Assembly: GCA_027317865.1 (NCBI GenBank)
Contig: DAHVQG010000015.1
Coordinates: 2,028-66,027, forward strand
DNA: 64,000 nt
Direction: 5' to 3'
Origin: Bdellovibrionales bacterium
Lineage (GTDB): Bacteria > Bdellovibrionota > Bdellovibrionia > Bdellovibrionales > UBA1609
Of this stretch, positions 1 through 9,365 are shown one piece after another (positions within the stretch are counted from its first letter, which is position 1; each line of letters begins with the position of its first letter). The position numbers were made by a program, and so were the translations under genes. Below the pieces are notes generated by a model, which saw only the letters and a list, made by a program, of their open reading frames with translations, was not told the DNA's origin and made no database searches.

Positions 1-744
1 GATGGCATTTTCATGATGTTCGTACACGATCGCCACCACGTCGTCGGGGACGACCCCAAGGTTCAACAACATTTGCATCCCTTTGTACGGATGGGTTTCG
101 TATTGTTGGTTTTCTTCAAAAGACATTAAAGCGCGCGGTTTATTCACGAGTTCAGGCGGTAATGCTTTGAGTCCGATGTCGTGAAGAAGTGCGCCAAGCG
201 CAAGTTTTTCGACGGTTTGTTTGTTCTCCCAATTGAGCGCGTTGGCGATAAGAACGCTAATGCTGGTTACGGCCATTGAATGCCGTAAAAGTTCGTCTGA
301 ACAATCGTTGAGGCTGCTCAGAAGACTATTCAAATTATTATTCGATTCAGCCAGAGCCACGGTCGCTTCAACAATTTGCCGAGCGTGAGAATAAGTTTCG
401 AAACCCAAGCCGATATGTTCTAACTCAGTGAAAACTCCGGCTGCGGCTTGTGACAAGATCAAAGTTTTTTGCGCGGTCGTGAGACTTTTTTGATTCACAA
501 GAACGCCGGCGATGGTGATATTGCTATCCATCAAAAATCCGTATTCTTCGCGTTTCACCCAAAGGTATTCAACTGTTTTATTTTCGTAGGATTGCAAACG
601 TTCTTTGTCGGTTTTGGTTCCTGCCTTTGAAATCAAAACAAACTTATCCGCGCCGATGCGCACATAAAGATTGACCGGTGAGGTAGAGCCTCCGATCAAA
701 TCCCGCACAGGTATGGGAATCATGTTGGGGTGTTTGTCTTCCAT
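1..744 (-). CDS. HD/HD-GYP-domain phosphohydrolase, probably a cyclic-di-GMP phosphodiesterase; C-terminus cut by the window edge
   Basis: The minus-strand frame is open from ATG 744 to position 1, so it is absent from the ORF track. It reads MEDKHPNMIPIPVRDLIGG...LRHSMAVTSISVLIANAL...LGALLHDIGL...YEHHENAI. The H..HD..HHE metal-ligand pattern is typical of HD-GYP proteins. The GYP part would lie beyond the window. Confidence 0.6.
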   Translation of the reverse strand, partial: MEDKHPNMIPIPVRDLIGGSTSPVNLYVRIGADKFVLISKAGTKTDKERLQSYENKTVEYLWVKREEYGFLMDSNITIAGVLVNQKSLTTAQKTLILSQAAAGVFTELEHIGLGFETYSHARQIVEATVALAESNNNLNSLLSSLNDCSDELLRHSMAVTSISVLIANALNWENKQTVEKLALGALLHDIGLKALPPELVNKPRALMSFEENQQYETHPYKGMQMLLNLGVVPDDVVAIVYEHHENAI

Positions 745-828
745 ACGTCTTACCGTTTCGGCAGAATCGTATAAAAAATTGACTCCGAACTTGACCGAAG
801 TCGAGGTCTCATCGGATACCTTAAATCA

Positions 829-2187
829 ATGTTTAATCAACTATCAGACAAATTACTTGGAACGCTAAAAAAAGTCCGCGGCCAAAATCGCATCACAGAG
901 GGCAACATCGAAGAAGCTGTGCGCACGATTCGGCTGGCGCTGCTTGAGGCAGATGTAAATTTTAAGGTCGTCAAAACGTTTCTTGACCGTGTGAAAGCTA
1001 AAGGTCTCGGTCAAGACGTGCTGGCGTCGGTTTCGCCGGGCCAGCAATTTACAAAAATCGTTCATGACGAACTCATCGCGATCTTGGGGCAAGATGCGTC
1101 GGATTTGAATCTCAAAGGTAACCCGGCCGTCTTGCTTGTGGTTGGGCTGAACGGTGCCGGTAAAACAACTACATGCGCAAAACTGGCACTCTACACGCGC
1201 CAAAAATTAAAGCGAAAGCCAGGGTTGGTCTCCGTCGACATTTACCGGCCGGCCGCGCGTGAGCAGCTTGCGATTTTGGCAAAACAAAATGGGTTGCCAA
1301 TTTGCGAAGTTCCCGTGAGCGACCCTGTGAACATGGCTCAAACGGCGATGGCATGGGCTAAAGAAAATTTTGTGGATGTGCTGATCGTCGATACCGCCGG
1401 GCGAATGCAAGTGGATTCGACGCTTATGTCCGAACTGGAACGATTAAAGTCTCAATTGACGCCACAAGATGTGTTGCTGGTCGCCGACAGTCAACTTGGT
1501 CAGCAGTCGGTGAATGTGGCTGAAGGTTTTCAAAAATCAGTGGGTTTGACCGGGGTTATTCTGACCAAAGTCGATGGCGACGCTCGCGGTGGAGCGGCGC
1601 TCAGCATTCGCGAAGCCGTTGGAGTACCCATCAAGTTTTTGGGTAACGGTGAAAAGGTCGGCGCGTTTGAACCCTTTCATCCGGATCGTCTTGTTTCTCG
1701 GCTTCTTGATATGGGCGATGTCGTCACCTTGGTCGAAAAGGCGCAAGAATTTATCGACGAAAAAAGCGCCAAAGAAGCGGCTAAAAAACTGGCCAGGGCG
1801 AAATTCACTGTTGACGATTTTTTAAAGCAATTGCGGATGCTTAAGAAGATGGGCGGGATGGAGAGTATCCTCGGAATGCTGCCTGGAATGGGGCAAATTT
1901 CGCAACAGTTGAAGAAGATGACCCCTCCGGATCAGGAATTAAAGAAAATCGAAGTCTTGATACAGTCTATGACCAATGAAGAGCGTGCGAATCACAAGGT
2001 TTTAAACGGTTCGAGACGTCTGCGTATCGCCAAAGGTAGTGGCTTACAGGTAAGTGATGTCAACCGGTTCATCGATCAGTTTGAAAAATCACAAAAAATG
2101 ATGTCACAGATGATGAAATCCGGTCTGGGTGGGATCTCGCAAGCCATGAATTCGGGGATGCGCGGGCGGTTCCCGTTCGGCAATTGA
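829..2187 (+). CDS. ffh: Signal recognition particle protein Ffh
   Basis: GTPase motifs GLNGAGKTTTCAKLA, DTAGR and TKVDGDARGG. Met-rich M domain (MLKKMGGMESILGMLPGMG). 452 aa. Confidence 0.95.
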   Translation: MFNQLSDKLLGTLKKVRGQNRITEGNIEEAVRTIRLALLEADVNFKVVKTFLDRVKAKGLGQDVLASVSPGQQFTKIVHDELIAILGQDASDLNLKGNPAVLLVVGLNGAGKTTTCAKLALYTRQKLKRKPGLVSVDIYRPAAREQLAILAKQNGLPICEVPVSDPVNMAQTAMAWAKENFVDVLIVDTAGRMQVDSTLMSELERLKSQLTPQDVLLVADSQLGQQSVNVAEGFQKSVGLTGVILTKVDGDARGGAALSIREAVGVPIKFLGNGEKVGAFEPFHPDRLVSRLLDMGDVVTLVEKAQEFIDEKSAKEAAKKLARAKFTVDDFLKQLRMLKKMGGMESILGMLPGMGQISQQLKKMTPPDQELKKIEVLIQSMTNEERANHKVLNGSRRLRIAKGSGLQVSDVNRFIDQFEKSQKMMSQMMKSGLGGISQAMNSGMRGRFPFGN

Positions 2188-2352
2188 ATTTGGTCGGGTG
2201 AAGTTATCTTAAGTTTGAAAGGGTTGCGTAACAATGTTAAACATTGTAGAAGAATATCCCTTCTTGACGCAGGGTCTGTTGACGGCGTCGTAGTGGGCTA
2301 TTGTCTTTTTTGAAAACATTTTGTACTTTTTGAAGATAAGGAGAGTTTAGAA

Positions 2353-2601
2353 ATGGTTACTATTCGGTTGGGACGTTTTGGCACAAAGCACCTCCCTCGT
2401 TATCGCGTAACAGTTGCAGATCAAAAATATAAAACAGACGGGCGATTTTTAGAGATCGTTGGACATTATAACCCAGCGCCAAAGGGTGAAGATAAAGAGC
2501 TGTTGCTTGATTTAGAAAGAATCAACTACTGGATTAAAAAAGGCGCGCAACCGACGGAACGGGTTCGAAGTCTCATTCGTAAATTTGAAAAAACAAAATA
2601 G
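2353..2601 (+). CDS. rpsP: 30S ribosomal protein S16
   Basis: MVTIRLGRFGTKHLPRYRVTVAD... is the canonical S16 N-terminus. AGGAG Shine-Dalgarno lies upstream. Conserved position after ffh. Confidence 0.95.
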   Translation: MVTIRLGRFGTKHLPRYRVTVADQKYKTDGRFLEIVGHYNPAPKGEDKELLLDLERINYWIKKGAQPTERVRSLIRKFEKTK

Positions 2602-2656
2602 AAGTAATTTATTAAACAGCAACGAATAGCAACTGAGAGTAAGTAAAGAGGACAGC

Positions 2657-2902
2657 ATGGATAATTCAAGCCTGCGCGACTTAGTCGAATTTATGGCCAA
2701 ATCTCTTGTTGATAATCCGGATCAAGTTGAAGTTACTGAGATTGTGGGGGAGCAAACCACCGTGGTGGAGCTTCGAGTTTCAAAAGAAGACCTGGGTAAG
2801 GTCATCGGCAAACAGGGGCGGACAGCCCGCTCAATGCGGACAATTCTCAACGCCGCCAGCACGAAACTGCAAAAAAGAAGCGTTTTAGAAATCGTCGAGT
2901 AA
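2657..2902 (+). CDS. KH-domain RNA-binding protein (YlqC/UPF0109 family)
   Basis: 81 aa with the KH core [19 protein letters not shown]. Conserved slot between rpsP and rimM. Confidence 0.8.
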   Translation: MDNSSLRDLVEFMAKSLVDNPDQVEVTEIVGEQTTVVELRVSKEDLGKVIGKQGRTARSMRTILNAASTKLQKRSVLEIVE

Positions 2903-2945
2903 GAGCCGCCAGAATAGTTGCGGTGCGTCTGAATTTCAGGCATAC

Positions 2946-3497
2946 ATGCGTCTGAATATGTACGCAAATGCTGATATTTCAAAAACGAAGCTGATTCAGG
3001 TGGGCTATGTAAGCTCAGCTCACAACCTTAAAGGCGAAGTCTTCGTTCGACTTTTTGCTGGCCGTGCGGATTGGCTCAAATCATTAGACCAATTGGTGTT
3101 TGTAAAGTCAGGTCTTGAAATGGCTGTTCCGGTTCGTCAGGCTAGGGCGCATAAAGACGGTCTTATTGTTGCTACCGATCGAATAAGTGATCGAACACAG
3201 GCTGAATCGATGGTTGGGTATCAGGTTTTTATACCTGAGCAGTGGCTTGTGGCGGATTCTCATGAAACTCCTTATCTGCATGAATTGTTGAACTTCGAAG
3301 TTATTGATGAACAGTTGGGGCCAATTGGGCCAATTGAGTCATTTTCGACGAACGGAGCTCAAGATTTGTTTGTTGTACATCGGGGGGGCCGCGAAATTTT
3401 GATACCGTTCGTCAAAGCGTTTGTTCAAAAACTCGATTTTTCGAATAAGACCGTTCACATGAGTTTGCCATCAGGTCTTATCGACCTTCAAAGTTAG
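2946..3497 (+). CDS. rimM: 16S rRNA processing protein RimM
   Basis: N-terminal VGYVSSAHNLKGEVFVRLF and a C-terminal PRC-barrel-like region. Conserved position upstream of trmD. The start could be the ATG at 2958. Confidence 0.85.
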   Translation: MRLNMYANADISKTKLIQVGYVSSAHNLKGEVFVRLFAGRADWLKSLDQLVFVKSGLEMAVPVRQARAHKDGLIVATDRISDRTQAESMVGYQVFIPEQWLVADSHETPYLHELLNFEVIDEQLGPIGPIESFSTNGAQDLFVVHRGGREILIPFVKAFVQKLDFSNKTVHMSLPSGLIDLQS

Positions 3498-3502
3498 TTT
3501 CT

Positions 3503-4294
3503 ATGCGTAAGATAAATGTCCTAACTTTATTTCCGAAACTGGTATCTGACGCGATCGCGTGGGGTGTTGTCGGGCAGTCGTTGAAACATAATATTTTGAG
3601 CGTCCGTGTTGCGGACTTACGCGAGTTTACTCAGGATCCGCATCGAACCGTAGATGATCGGCCGTACGGCGGTGGTGACGGGATGATCATGCTGGCCGAG
3701 CCGCTCGCCCTTGCCATGAAATCTCTGGGAGATGAAGCGGGAGTTCGCGTTTTTTTATCTCCACAAGGTGAGCGTTGGAGCGATAAATTGGCCCGCGAAT
3801 TTGCTAGAGATTTGGAGAATTCAAATTTGACGCTTGTATGCGGGCGCTATGGGGGAGTCGATCAGAGGTTTCTCAACTCATTTGTCGACCGTCAGATTTC
3901 AGTTGGTGATTTTATATTGAGTGGCGGTGAATTTGCGGCTTTGAGCGTAATTGATTCGATTGCGCGGCTCTTACCCGGAGTTTTGGGCAATGAGAAATCG
4001 CAATCTCAAGACAGCTTTGCAAATGGTTTGCTTGAAGCCCCCCAGTTCACAAGGCCAGAAGAAATTTTTGATCAAGCGGTACCCGAAGTTTTGCGCTCGG
4101 GCGATCACCAAAGAATTTTTGAATTTCGCGAAGCCTTGTCGCTAGCTGTGACGCGCGAGCGGCGACCCGATTTGTTTTTTGAGGATCATAAGGTACATTG
4201 GCTCGAAGCGCTTCAAGTGCTGAAAAGATATTCATACGAAGAACTTAAGTCGTGCGGCCTTGCCAAGCACACGCTAGAAGAGATTTTAAAATGA
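3503..4294 (+). CDS. trmD: tRNA (guanine37-N1)-methyltransferase TrmD
   Basis: INVLTLFPKL...HRTVDDRPYGGGDGMIM...LVCGRYGGVDQR match the TrmD SPOUT motifs. Confidence 0.95.
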   Translation: MRKINVLTLFPKLVSDAIAWGVVGQSLKHNILSVRVADLREFTQDPHRTVDDRPYGGGDGMIMLAEPLALAMKSLGDEAGVRVFLSPQGERWSDKLAREFARDLENSNLTLVCGRYGGVDQRFLNSFVDRQISVGDFILSGGEFAALSVIDSIARLLPGVLGNEKSQSQDSFANGLLEAPQFTRPEEIFDQAVPEVLRSGDHQRIFEFREALSLAVTRERRPDLFFEDHKVHWLEALQVLKRYSYEELKSCGLAKHTLEEILK

Positions 4295-4890
4295 AACATA
4301 ATAGTTCGCCGCTCACAGAATCGAGCGTCGCGCCTTCAGTAACATTAGGCCTCGTGCATTGGCCGTGCCGCAATCAAAACGGCGAAGTCGTTTGTACAAA
4401 CGTCACGAACTTCGATATTCACGACATCGCCCGCAGTTGCCGGTCGTTCGGCGTCGAGCGGTACTACATTATCAACCGCGTGAAAGAACAACTGATGTTT
4501 GTTCACCGCGTGCTTGACCATTGGCGCGTGGGCGAAGGGTCGGAGCACAATCCGATGCGCAAAACGGCGATTGATATGGTCATGACCGCCGAAACAGTTG
4601 AAGACGTTTTAAAGGAGTTTAAAGTGCGGCCCCTTGTGATTGGTACAAGCGCAAAGGACCATCCGCAATTTGAACGAATTCGCTTTTCGGAGCTTCGTAC
4701 TCGCATGTGGAAGGCCCCCAATCATCCTACGCTTATACTGTTTGGTACGGGCTGGGGTATGACCGACGATGTGCTCGGGCAGTGTGATTTTCTATTGGAG
4801 CCGATTCGTGGCTCCTCGATCGATGATTATCGCCATCTCTCGGTACGATCAGCGGTTGCGATCGCTCTTGACCGGCTGTTGGGCCAATGA
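4291..4890 (+). CDS. Predicted SPOUT-type RNA methyltransferase-like protein (resembles the family often found next to trmD)
   Basis: ATG 4291 overlaps the trmD stop as ATGA. The sequence LVHWPCRNQNGEVVCTNVTNFDIHDIARSC...LILFGTGWGM...LEPIRG...YRHLSVRSAVAIALDRL fits my memory of that family. The longer 4252 start in the track is probably an upstream extension. Confidence 0.5.
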   Translation: MKHNSSPLTESSVAPSVTLGLVHWPCRNQNGEVVCTNVTNFDIHDIARSCRSFGVERYYIINRVKEQLMFVHRVLDHWRVGEGSEHNPMRKTAIDMVMTAETVEDVLKEFKVRPLVIGTSAKDHPQFERIRFSELRTRMWKAPNHPTLILFGTGWGMTDDVLGQCDFLLEPIRGSSIDDYRHLSVRSAVAIALDRLLGQ

Positions 4891-4936
4891 TAGTTTTTCG
4901 CACTTAGCGGGACGAAGATGACAAGAAGAGGACGTT

Positions 4937-5449
4937 ATGAACAGCTCAAACAAAAGTAGCACTAATTTGATTGAACGGGTCACAATGAAGCGGGCCGCTG
5001 AAAAGAAATGGCTCAAGAAACTCGAAGATTTTTCGACGGGTGACACGATCAGCGTGCATGTCTCGATCAAAGAGGGCGAAAAAGAGCGCGTACAGGTTTA
5101 TAAAGGTGTGGTCATCAAAATCCAAGGCAGCGGATTGGGTAAAACATTTACTGTTCGCAAAATTTCGAGCGGCGTGGGCGTAGAACGAACCTTTCCGTTT
5201 TCGAGTCCTAAAATTGAAAAAATCGAAGTGTTCAACCGTGGATTTGTACGCCGAAGCCGACTCTATTTTCTCAGAGATTTAGCCGGTCGCGCGGCTCGGC
5301 TCAATTCCGAACTTGTTGTCTCTGAAGGTACGGTTGAAGGCGTTGACGCTTCTAACGTCGTGCCCGCCGAAGCAAAAACTGCGGCAAAAGAATCCGCGAA
5401 GCCGGCCAAAGAAACAGGCACGACGGCCACCGACGATAAAAAATCATAA
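4937..5449 (+). CDS. rplS: 50S ribosomal protein L19 with a long C-terminal tail
   Basis: Core [77 protein letters not shown] is L19. GAGGA lies upstream of the ATG. About 50 extra A/K/E/T-rich residues sit at the C-terminus. Confidence 0.9.
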   Translation: MNSSNKSSTNLIERVTMKRAAEKKWLKKLEDFSTGDTISVHVSIKEGEKERVQVYKGVVIKIQGSGLGKTFTVRKISSGVGVERTFPFSSPKIEKIEVFNRGFVRRSRLYFLRDLAGRAARLNSELVVSEGTVEGVDASNVVPAEAKTAAKESAKPAKETGTTATDDKKS

Positions 5450-5451
5450 AA

Positions 5452-6060
5452 TTGAATCCAGCCAATAATTCACTCCACGTTGGAATCGACGAAGCGGGTC
5501 GCGGATGTCTTGCCGGTCCTGTTTATGCTGGGGCCGCGATACTATTGCCTGAAAATTTAAACCATCCTTATTCCGAAAAAATCCGGGATTCGAAAAAATT
5601 GTCCGCCCATCAGCGGGAAGAACTGTTCAAATGGCTACAAACTAACCACCGCATTGGCATTGGATTTGCCACTGTTGAAGAAATTGAACGGTTTAACATT
5701 TTAAATGCGTCGTTAATGGCGATGCAGCGAGCTTTCGATAATCTGTCGCTGAGCATAGATGAACTGCAGAAATGCCACGTTTTTGTGGATGGCAACCAGC
5801 CGATAAAAGGGTTCAAGTATCCGCAAACGACGGTAGTGGGTGGCGATGATTCCATGAAATGTATTTCGGCGGCATCGATTGTCGCGAAGGTTTCGCGTGA
5901 CCATGAAATGAGTCGACTAGATGGTATTTACCAAGGTTACGGGCTTGCCGGACATAAAGGTTACGCAACCGAAGTCCACCGAGCCGCCATTAAAAAGTTG
6001 GGCCCAACCGAAATTCACCGCAAAACCTTTGGCGGCGTACGCGAATTCATCCGCAGTTAA
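5452..6060 (+). CDS. rnhB: Ribonuclease HII
   Basis: GIDEAGRGCLAGPVYAGA active-site motif and DSKKLS. TTG start 2 nt after the rplS stop. Confidence 0.9.
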   Translation: MNPANNSLHVGIDEAGRGCLAGPVYAGAAILLPENLNHPYSEKIRDSKKLSAHQREELFKWLQTNHRIGIGFATVEEIERFNILNASLMAMQRAFDNLSLSIDELQKCHVFVDGNQPIKGFKYPQTTVVGGDDSMKCISAASIVAKVSRDHEMSRLDGIYQGYGLAGHKGYATEVHRAAIKKLGPTEIHRKTFGGVREFIRS

Positions 6061-6112
6061 TGCCAATTCATTTATTAATAATTGTACACAGTTCAACACG
6101 CGCATAAAGGGC

Positions 6113-6427
6113 TTGAATGCCGAAACTGTTGCCATTCGACACTTCGAAAAACTGGGAGCAGTGTTGATATGCCGAAACCTCCCTACGGTTTTTTCTGAAA
6201 TTGATTTGGTTTTTTTATCAGCCGATCGCGAAATTTGGTTGGTTGAAGTCAAACTCGTCGCGCACGACGAACTTATATTTGCACGTCCGGTAAAAAAACA
6301 ACAAATGCAAAGGCTCAAACGACTTATCGATCGATGGATTGAAAGCGTCGACAAACCGGTTCGGTTTCATCTCGCTGCGGTGAATCATGAGAATGAGGTC
6401 CTGGTCTTTGAAGACTTTCTTTCATGA
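6113..6427 (+). CDS. yraN: YraN family (UPF0102) putative endonuclease
   Basis: GLNAETVAIRHFEKLGAVLICRNL...SEIDLVF...WLVEVK matches the YraN pattern. The track ORF from 5921 overlaps rnhB. The real start is probably TTG 6113 or a nearby non-ATG codon, so the start is uncertain. Confidence 0.65.
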   Translation: MNAETVAIRHFEKLGAVLICRNLPTVFSEIDLVFLSADREIWLVEVKLVAHDELIFARPVKKQQMQRLKRLIDRWIESVDKPVRFHLAAVNHENEVLVFEDFLS

Positions 6428-6446
6428 ATATGAAAGACTTAGAGAC

Positions 6447-6878
6447 ATGCAGTTGTACAATTCACGTTTTCGCTTTGGAGCGGCAATTTTGTTCATTGTT
6501 GGAGCTGTATTACTAACGGCCCCCGCGGCTAGCGCCGAACAACCGTCTCCAGGACGCGAATTTATCATGAGCTGTACCTACGGCGTGATGGCGGGCACCC
6601 TTGTTGGCGCGGCAACACTTGCATTTTCAAGTTCGCCGGCAAGCAACTTGCAGAATGTTGCGCGTGGCGCTTCTATCGGGCTTTACCTAGGCATCGCGCT
6701 CGGCTATTACACGGCCTATTTATTGCCAAAACAAATTGAGCAGCAGCAACAAAATTTGATTAATAGTGAAACGAACGGCAGTGTTTCATCGGATGACTTT
6801 CAATTTTTTCCGTTTCTTGCCTATGACCGAATGAATCACACAGAACGACCCGGTCTTGGGTTTTCGTGGCAATTCTAG
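6447..6878 (+). CDS. Hypothetical membrane protein (signal peptide plus two hydrophobic helices)
   Basis: From ATG 6447 it reads MQLYNSRFRFGAAILFIVGAVLLTAPAASA, followed by the Gly/Ala-rich helices GVMAGTLVGAATLAF and IGLYLGIALGYYTAYLL. I recognise no family. Confidence 0.5.
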   Translation: MQLYNSRFRFGAAILFIVGAVLLTAPAASAEQPSPGREFIMSCTYGVMAGTLVGAATLAFSSSPASNLQNVARGASIGLYLGIALGYYTAYLLPKQIEQQQQNLINSETNGSVSSDDFQFFPFLAYDRMNHTERPGLGFSWQF

Positions 6879-6901
6879 AGCCGGGACACTGGCGCAGCAC
6901 A

Positions 6902-9304
6902 TTAACCAAAATTAAATTTAAAATTAAACCCAATTTGCCGGTAACCGCCCAAATTAAATTCTTGCATGATTTTGAGAATGACACAGTTGCCGGGCAGTTT
7001 GACGTCCATTGAATAATCTTCGCTTTGAAATAAAAATCGTGTACCGGGCAAAATCGCATAGTTGAAATCGCCAACTAATTTTATGTAGTGACCCGCGTAG
7101 CCAATGCCGGCGCCGATGGTCTGAGTGCGGTTGATCGCAGTGTCAAGATTTTCGCCGACGATGTAATAGTCGTTATAAACAATCTCAAAAAAATTATTTA
7201 GCATTGTTGTATATCGAACTCGAGACGACCAATTTGATATGTGAGCGTAGGGATAATAGTCGACAAGAGTATTGGTATCGAATTGGCGCGTTCGTAAGTC
7301 AAAAAGCCCCCGTGCGTCTGACCACGGCCGAGGATCGAGCGATGCCGGCAGACTCGCATCGTGAAAATCGTAACCTTCACTCAATCGAAACGTCATAAAC
7401 CGAAAATAGTTTGGAACGGTCGTGCCGTCGGGGAGTTTCACGTATGTTTTTCGCGTTAAATAGTTACTTAGAACAAATGTGGTGTAATTTTCATCGAAAA
7501 AACGGTCGAGGTAATCGAATTGTACTTTTGAACTTCCGGTAAAATCGGCGTTCGAAATCGGCTCATCGCGGCGCCAGATCGGTTCATTCGCAAAATTCCC
7601 GAAAAATAAATTAGCAGGGTTTTGCTGCCACGGTATCCATGAGTAAATTATTTCAGGGACGATACTGTGTTTATAACGGGTTGAGTGACCGTTGTTTGGG
7701 CCATATACGGCGCTGTATTCGGTGCGCGCCGAAACCGTCGCTTTAAGATACCGTCTCGTCGCGTTTTGCGAATAGTTCGGTACGGGTGTGTTTGGTTTGG
7801 CGTTAAAAAAGTAATCCATTTCATCGTAGGTCAAACTCGGGTCCACATCTAAAAAGTGGCTGACGTGAAACGGATAACTGATCGATGGTTTGAAGATAAA
7901 TCTTTGGCCTGTCCGGATTTGATCAATATTCGGGTCGAAATTGGTGCAATCGGCGACATTGGGGTCACATCGATCGGTTGGGACAGTCCGTCCATTTGGG
8001 CCGTCGTACGCGGTGTCGAAAGAATAATCTTGGCGGGCAAAGTCATCATAACTGAAATTCATATTGTAAAACAAATTCGTGTGGCCAAGTTCGGTGTCAA
8101 TAAGTGAATAGTCAATTTCAGGGAACCGGTTAACGGCATCGTTGTTTGAAGCCGTGGCGTCGGCTTTAAGCAAATTGACATAATACGCCGCCTGAATGCT
8201 CATGTTCTGCCGTTCGGTATTTTTTGTGACTGAAAATTCGTTTACAAAAGCGGGGTCACCCCATACCGGCATGTCGAGATAATAATCGCGCGGATAGCGC
8301 AAATCGCTAGCCAGATTAAGATCGATACGATTCACATAATTGTCAGGCAAATTTATGAGCTGATGATAGCTGAGAAAGCCGCGATCCATGGTTTTTGTGG
8401 CGATGTATTGACCGCCGCCTGAGTTCACGTAGGTATCGGTAAACATGTGATCACGAACATGCGCCATTTCAAGTTGGCCCTTGCTGTGGTTCCCCAAGTT
8501 GTAACGATATTCAATATTTTGCTTAAGCCCGAGTTTCGAGTAATTGTTTAAAGTGAACGTCGCATCTTGACTTCTCGAGATGGCCCAAAAGTAGGGGAAT
8601 CCGGTTTCTACCCCCCACGACGAAAACCCAAAAAGCGGTGATAAAAATCCCGATTGCCGCTTGGTTTTGAGCGGAACGGCCAGCCAAGGGAGGGCCAAAA
8701 TCGGAAAGTCGCCGACTCGCAATATTGGAAATTTAATACGGGCATAACCGCCGAGACGGGCTTTGATTTCACTGCCTGAAAAGCTCCAAGCCGGAGGGCA
8801 GGTTACGCACGAAGTGAATTGTGCGTTAATGGCATCGTAATCGACATTTGATTTCTTTTTTATCAGTTTGCCAAGAAACAATACGTTACCCGACTCAACC
8901 GATCCATCCTTGAATTCACCCGTTTTAGTTTCGTAATTATAGCGGATTGATTTTGCTTCAATGTACGTTTTTGGATTTCGAATCTGAACGTTACCGGCCG
9001 CAGTAATTTCGTGGGTTAAAGTCGACACGGAGGCTTCATTGCAACGCAGATCTTCGTTTTGATAATGCAAATGCACATGCCCGTTCAGTTGCAATGTATG
9101 GGTGTCTTCATTTCGCGAAATCGTGTCTGCGGAAATAGTCAACCCCGTGTGACGTGAAGGCGCTTTCGATTGATCGTGCTTTTTAAACGGGCGAGCAAAA
9201 ACATTCAACGCTAGAAAAAAAACAAATGCCGCCGCTAGAACAGCTGCTACGCCTACAGTTGCGACTCGCGTTGAATACCCCCGGACGAACGGCCTGTGTT
9301 GCAT
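6902..9304 (-). CDS. lptD: LPS-assembly outer membrane protein LptD (OstA family)
   Basis: 800 aa with an N-terminal anchor or signal. OstA-like N-domain (LQLNGHVHLHYQNEDLRCNEASV...ITAAGNVQIRN...IEAKSIRYNYETKTGEF). Long aromatic-rich beta-barrel region. Confidence 0.7.
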   Translation of the reverse strand: MQHRPFVRGYSTRVATVGVAAVLAAAFVFFLALNVFARPFKKHDQSKAPSRHTGLTISADTISRNEDTHTLQLNGHVHLHYQNEDLRCNEASVSTLTHEITAAGNVQIRNPKTYIEAKSIRYNYETKTGEFKDGSVESGNVLFLGKLIKKKSNVDYDAINAQFTSCVTCPPAWSFSGSEIKARLGGYARIKFPILRVGDFPILALPWLAVPLKTKRQSGFLSPLFGFSSWGVETGFPYFWAISRSQDATFTLNNYSKLGLKQNIEYRYNLGNHSKGQLEMAHVRDHMFTDTYVNSGGGQYIATKTMDRGFLSYHQLINLPDNYVNRIDLNLASDLRYPRDYYLDMPVWGDPAFVNEFSVTKNTERQNMSIQAAYYVNLLKADATASNNDAVNRFPEIDYSLIDTELGHTNLFYNMNFSYDDFARQDYSFDTAYDGPNGRTVPTDRCDPNVADCTNFDPNIDQIRTGQRFIFKPSISYPFHVSHFLDVDPSLTYDEMDYFFNAKPNTPVPNYSQNATRRYLKATVSARTEYSAVYGPNNGHSTRYKHSIVPEIIYSWIPWQQNPANLFFGNFANEPIWRRDEPISNADFTGSSKVQFDYLDRFFDENYTTFVLSNYLTRKTYVKLPDGTTVPNYFRFMTFRLSEGYDFHDASLPASLDPRPWSDARGLFDLRTRQFDTNTLVDYYPYAHISNWSSRVRYTTMLNNFFEIVYNDYYIVGENLDTAINRTQTIGAGIGYAGHYIKLVGDFNYAILPGTRFLFQSEDYSMDVKLPGNCVILKIMQEFNLGGYRQIGFNFKFNFG

Positions 9305-9365
9305 TCTTCAATCTTGTCTAACAATGTGGGCCGACTCAACCAAAATTTACGCTTAAAACCAAGCT

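Noticed and set aside
2231-2247. Perfect 7-bp hairpin ACAATGT-TAA-ACATTGT after ffh as a terminator or operator, and a 19-codon mini-ORF starting at 2234
   Set aside because: The stem is AT-rich with a 3-nt loop and no following T-run. The mini-ORF has no Shine-Dalgarno. I cannot support either function from the sequence alone.
5921-6112. N-terminal 64 codons of the 168-aa track ORF overlapping rnhB
   Set aside because: This part overlaps the 3' end of rnhB in another frame and does not look like YraN. The YraN-like sequence starts near 6113, so the upstream part was trimmed. The exact start remains uncertain.
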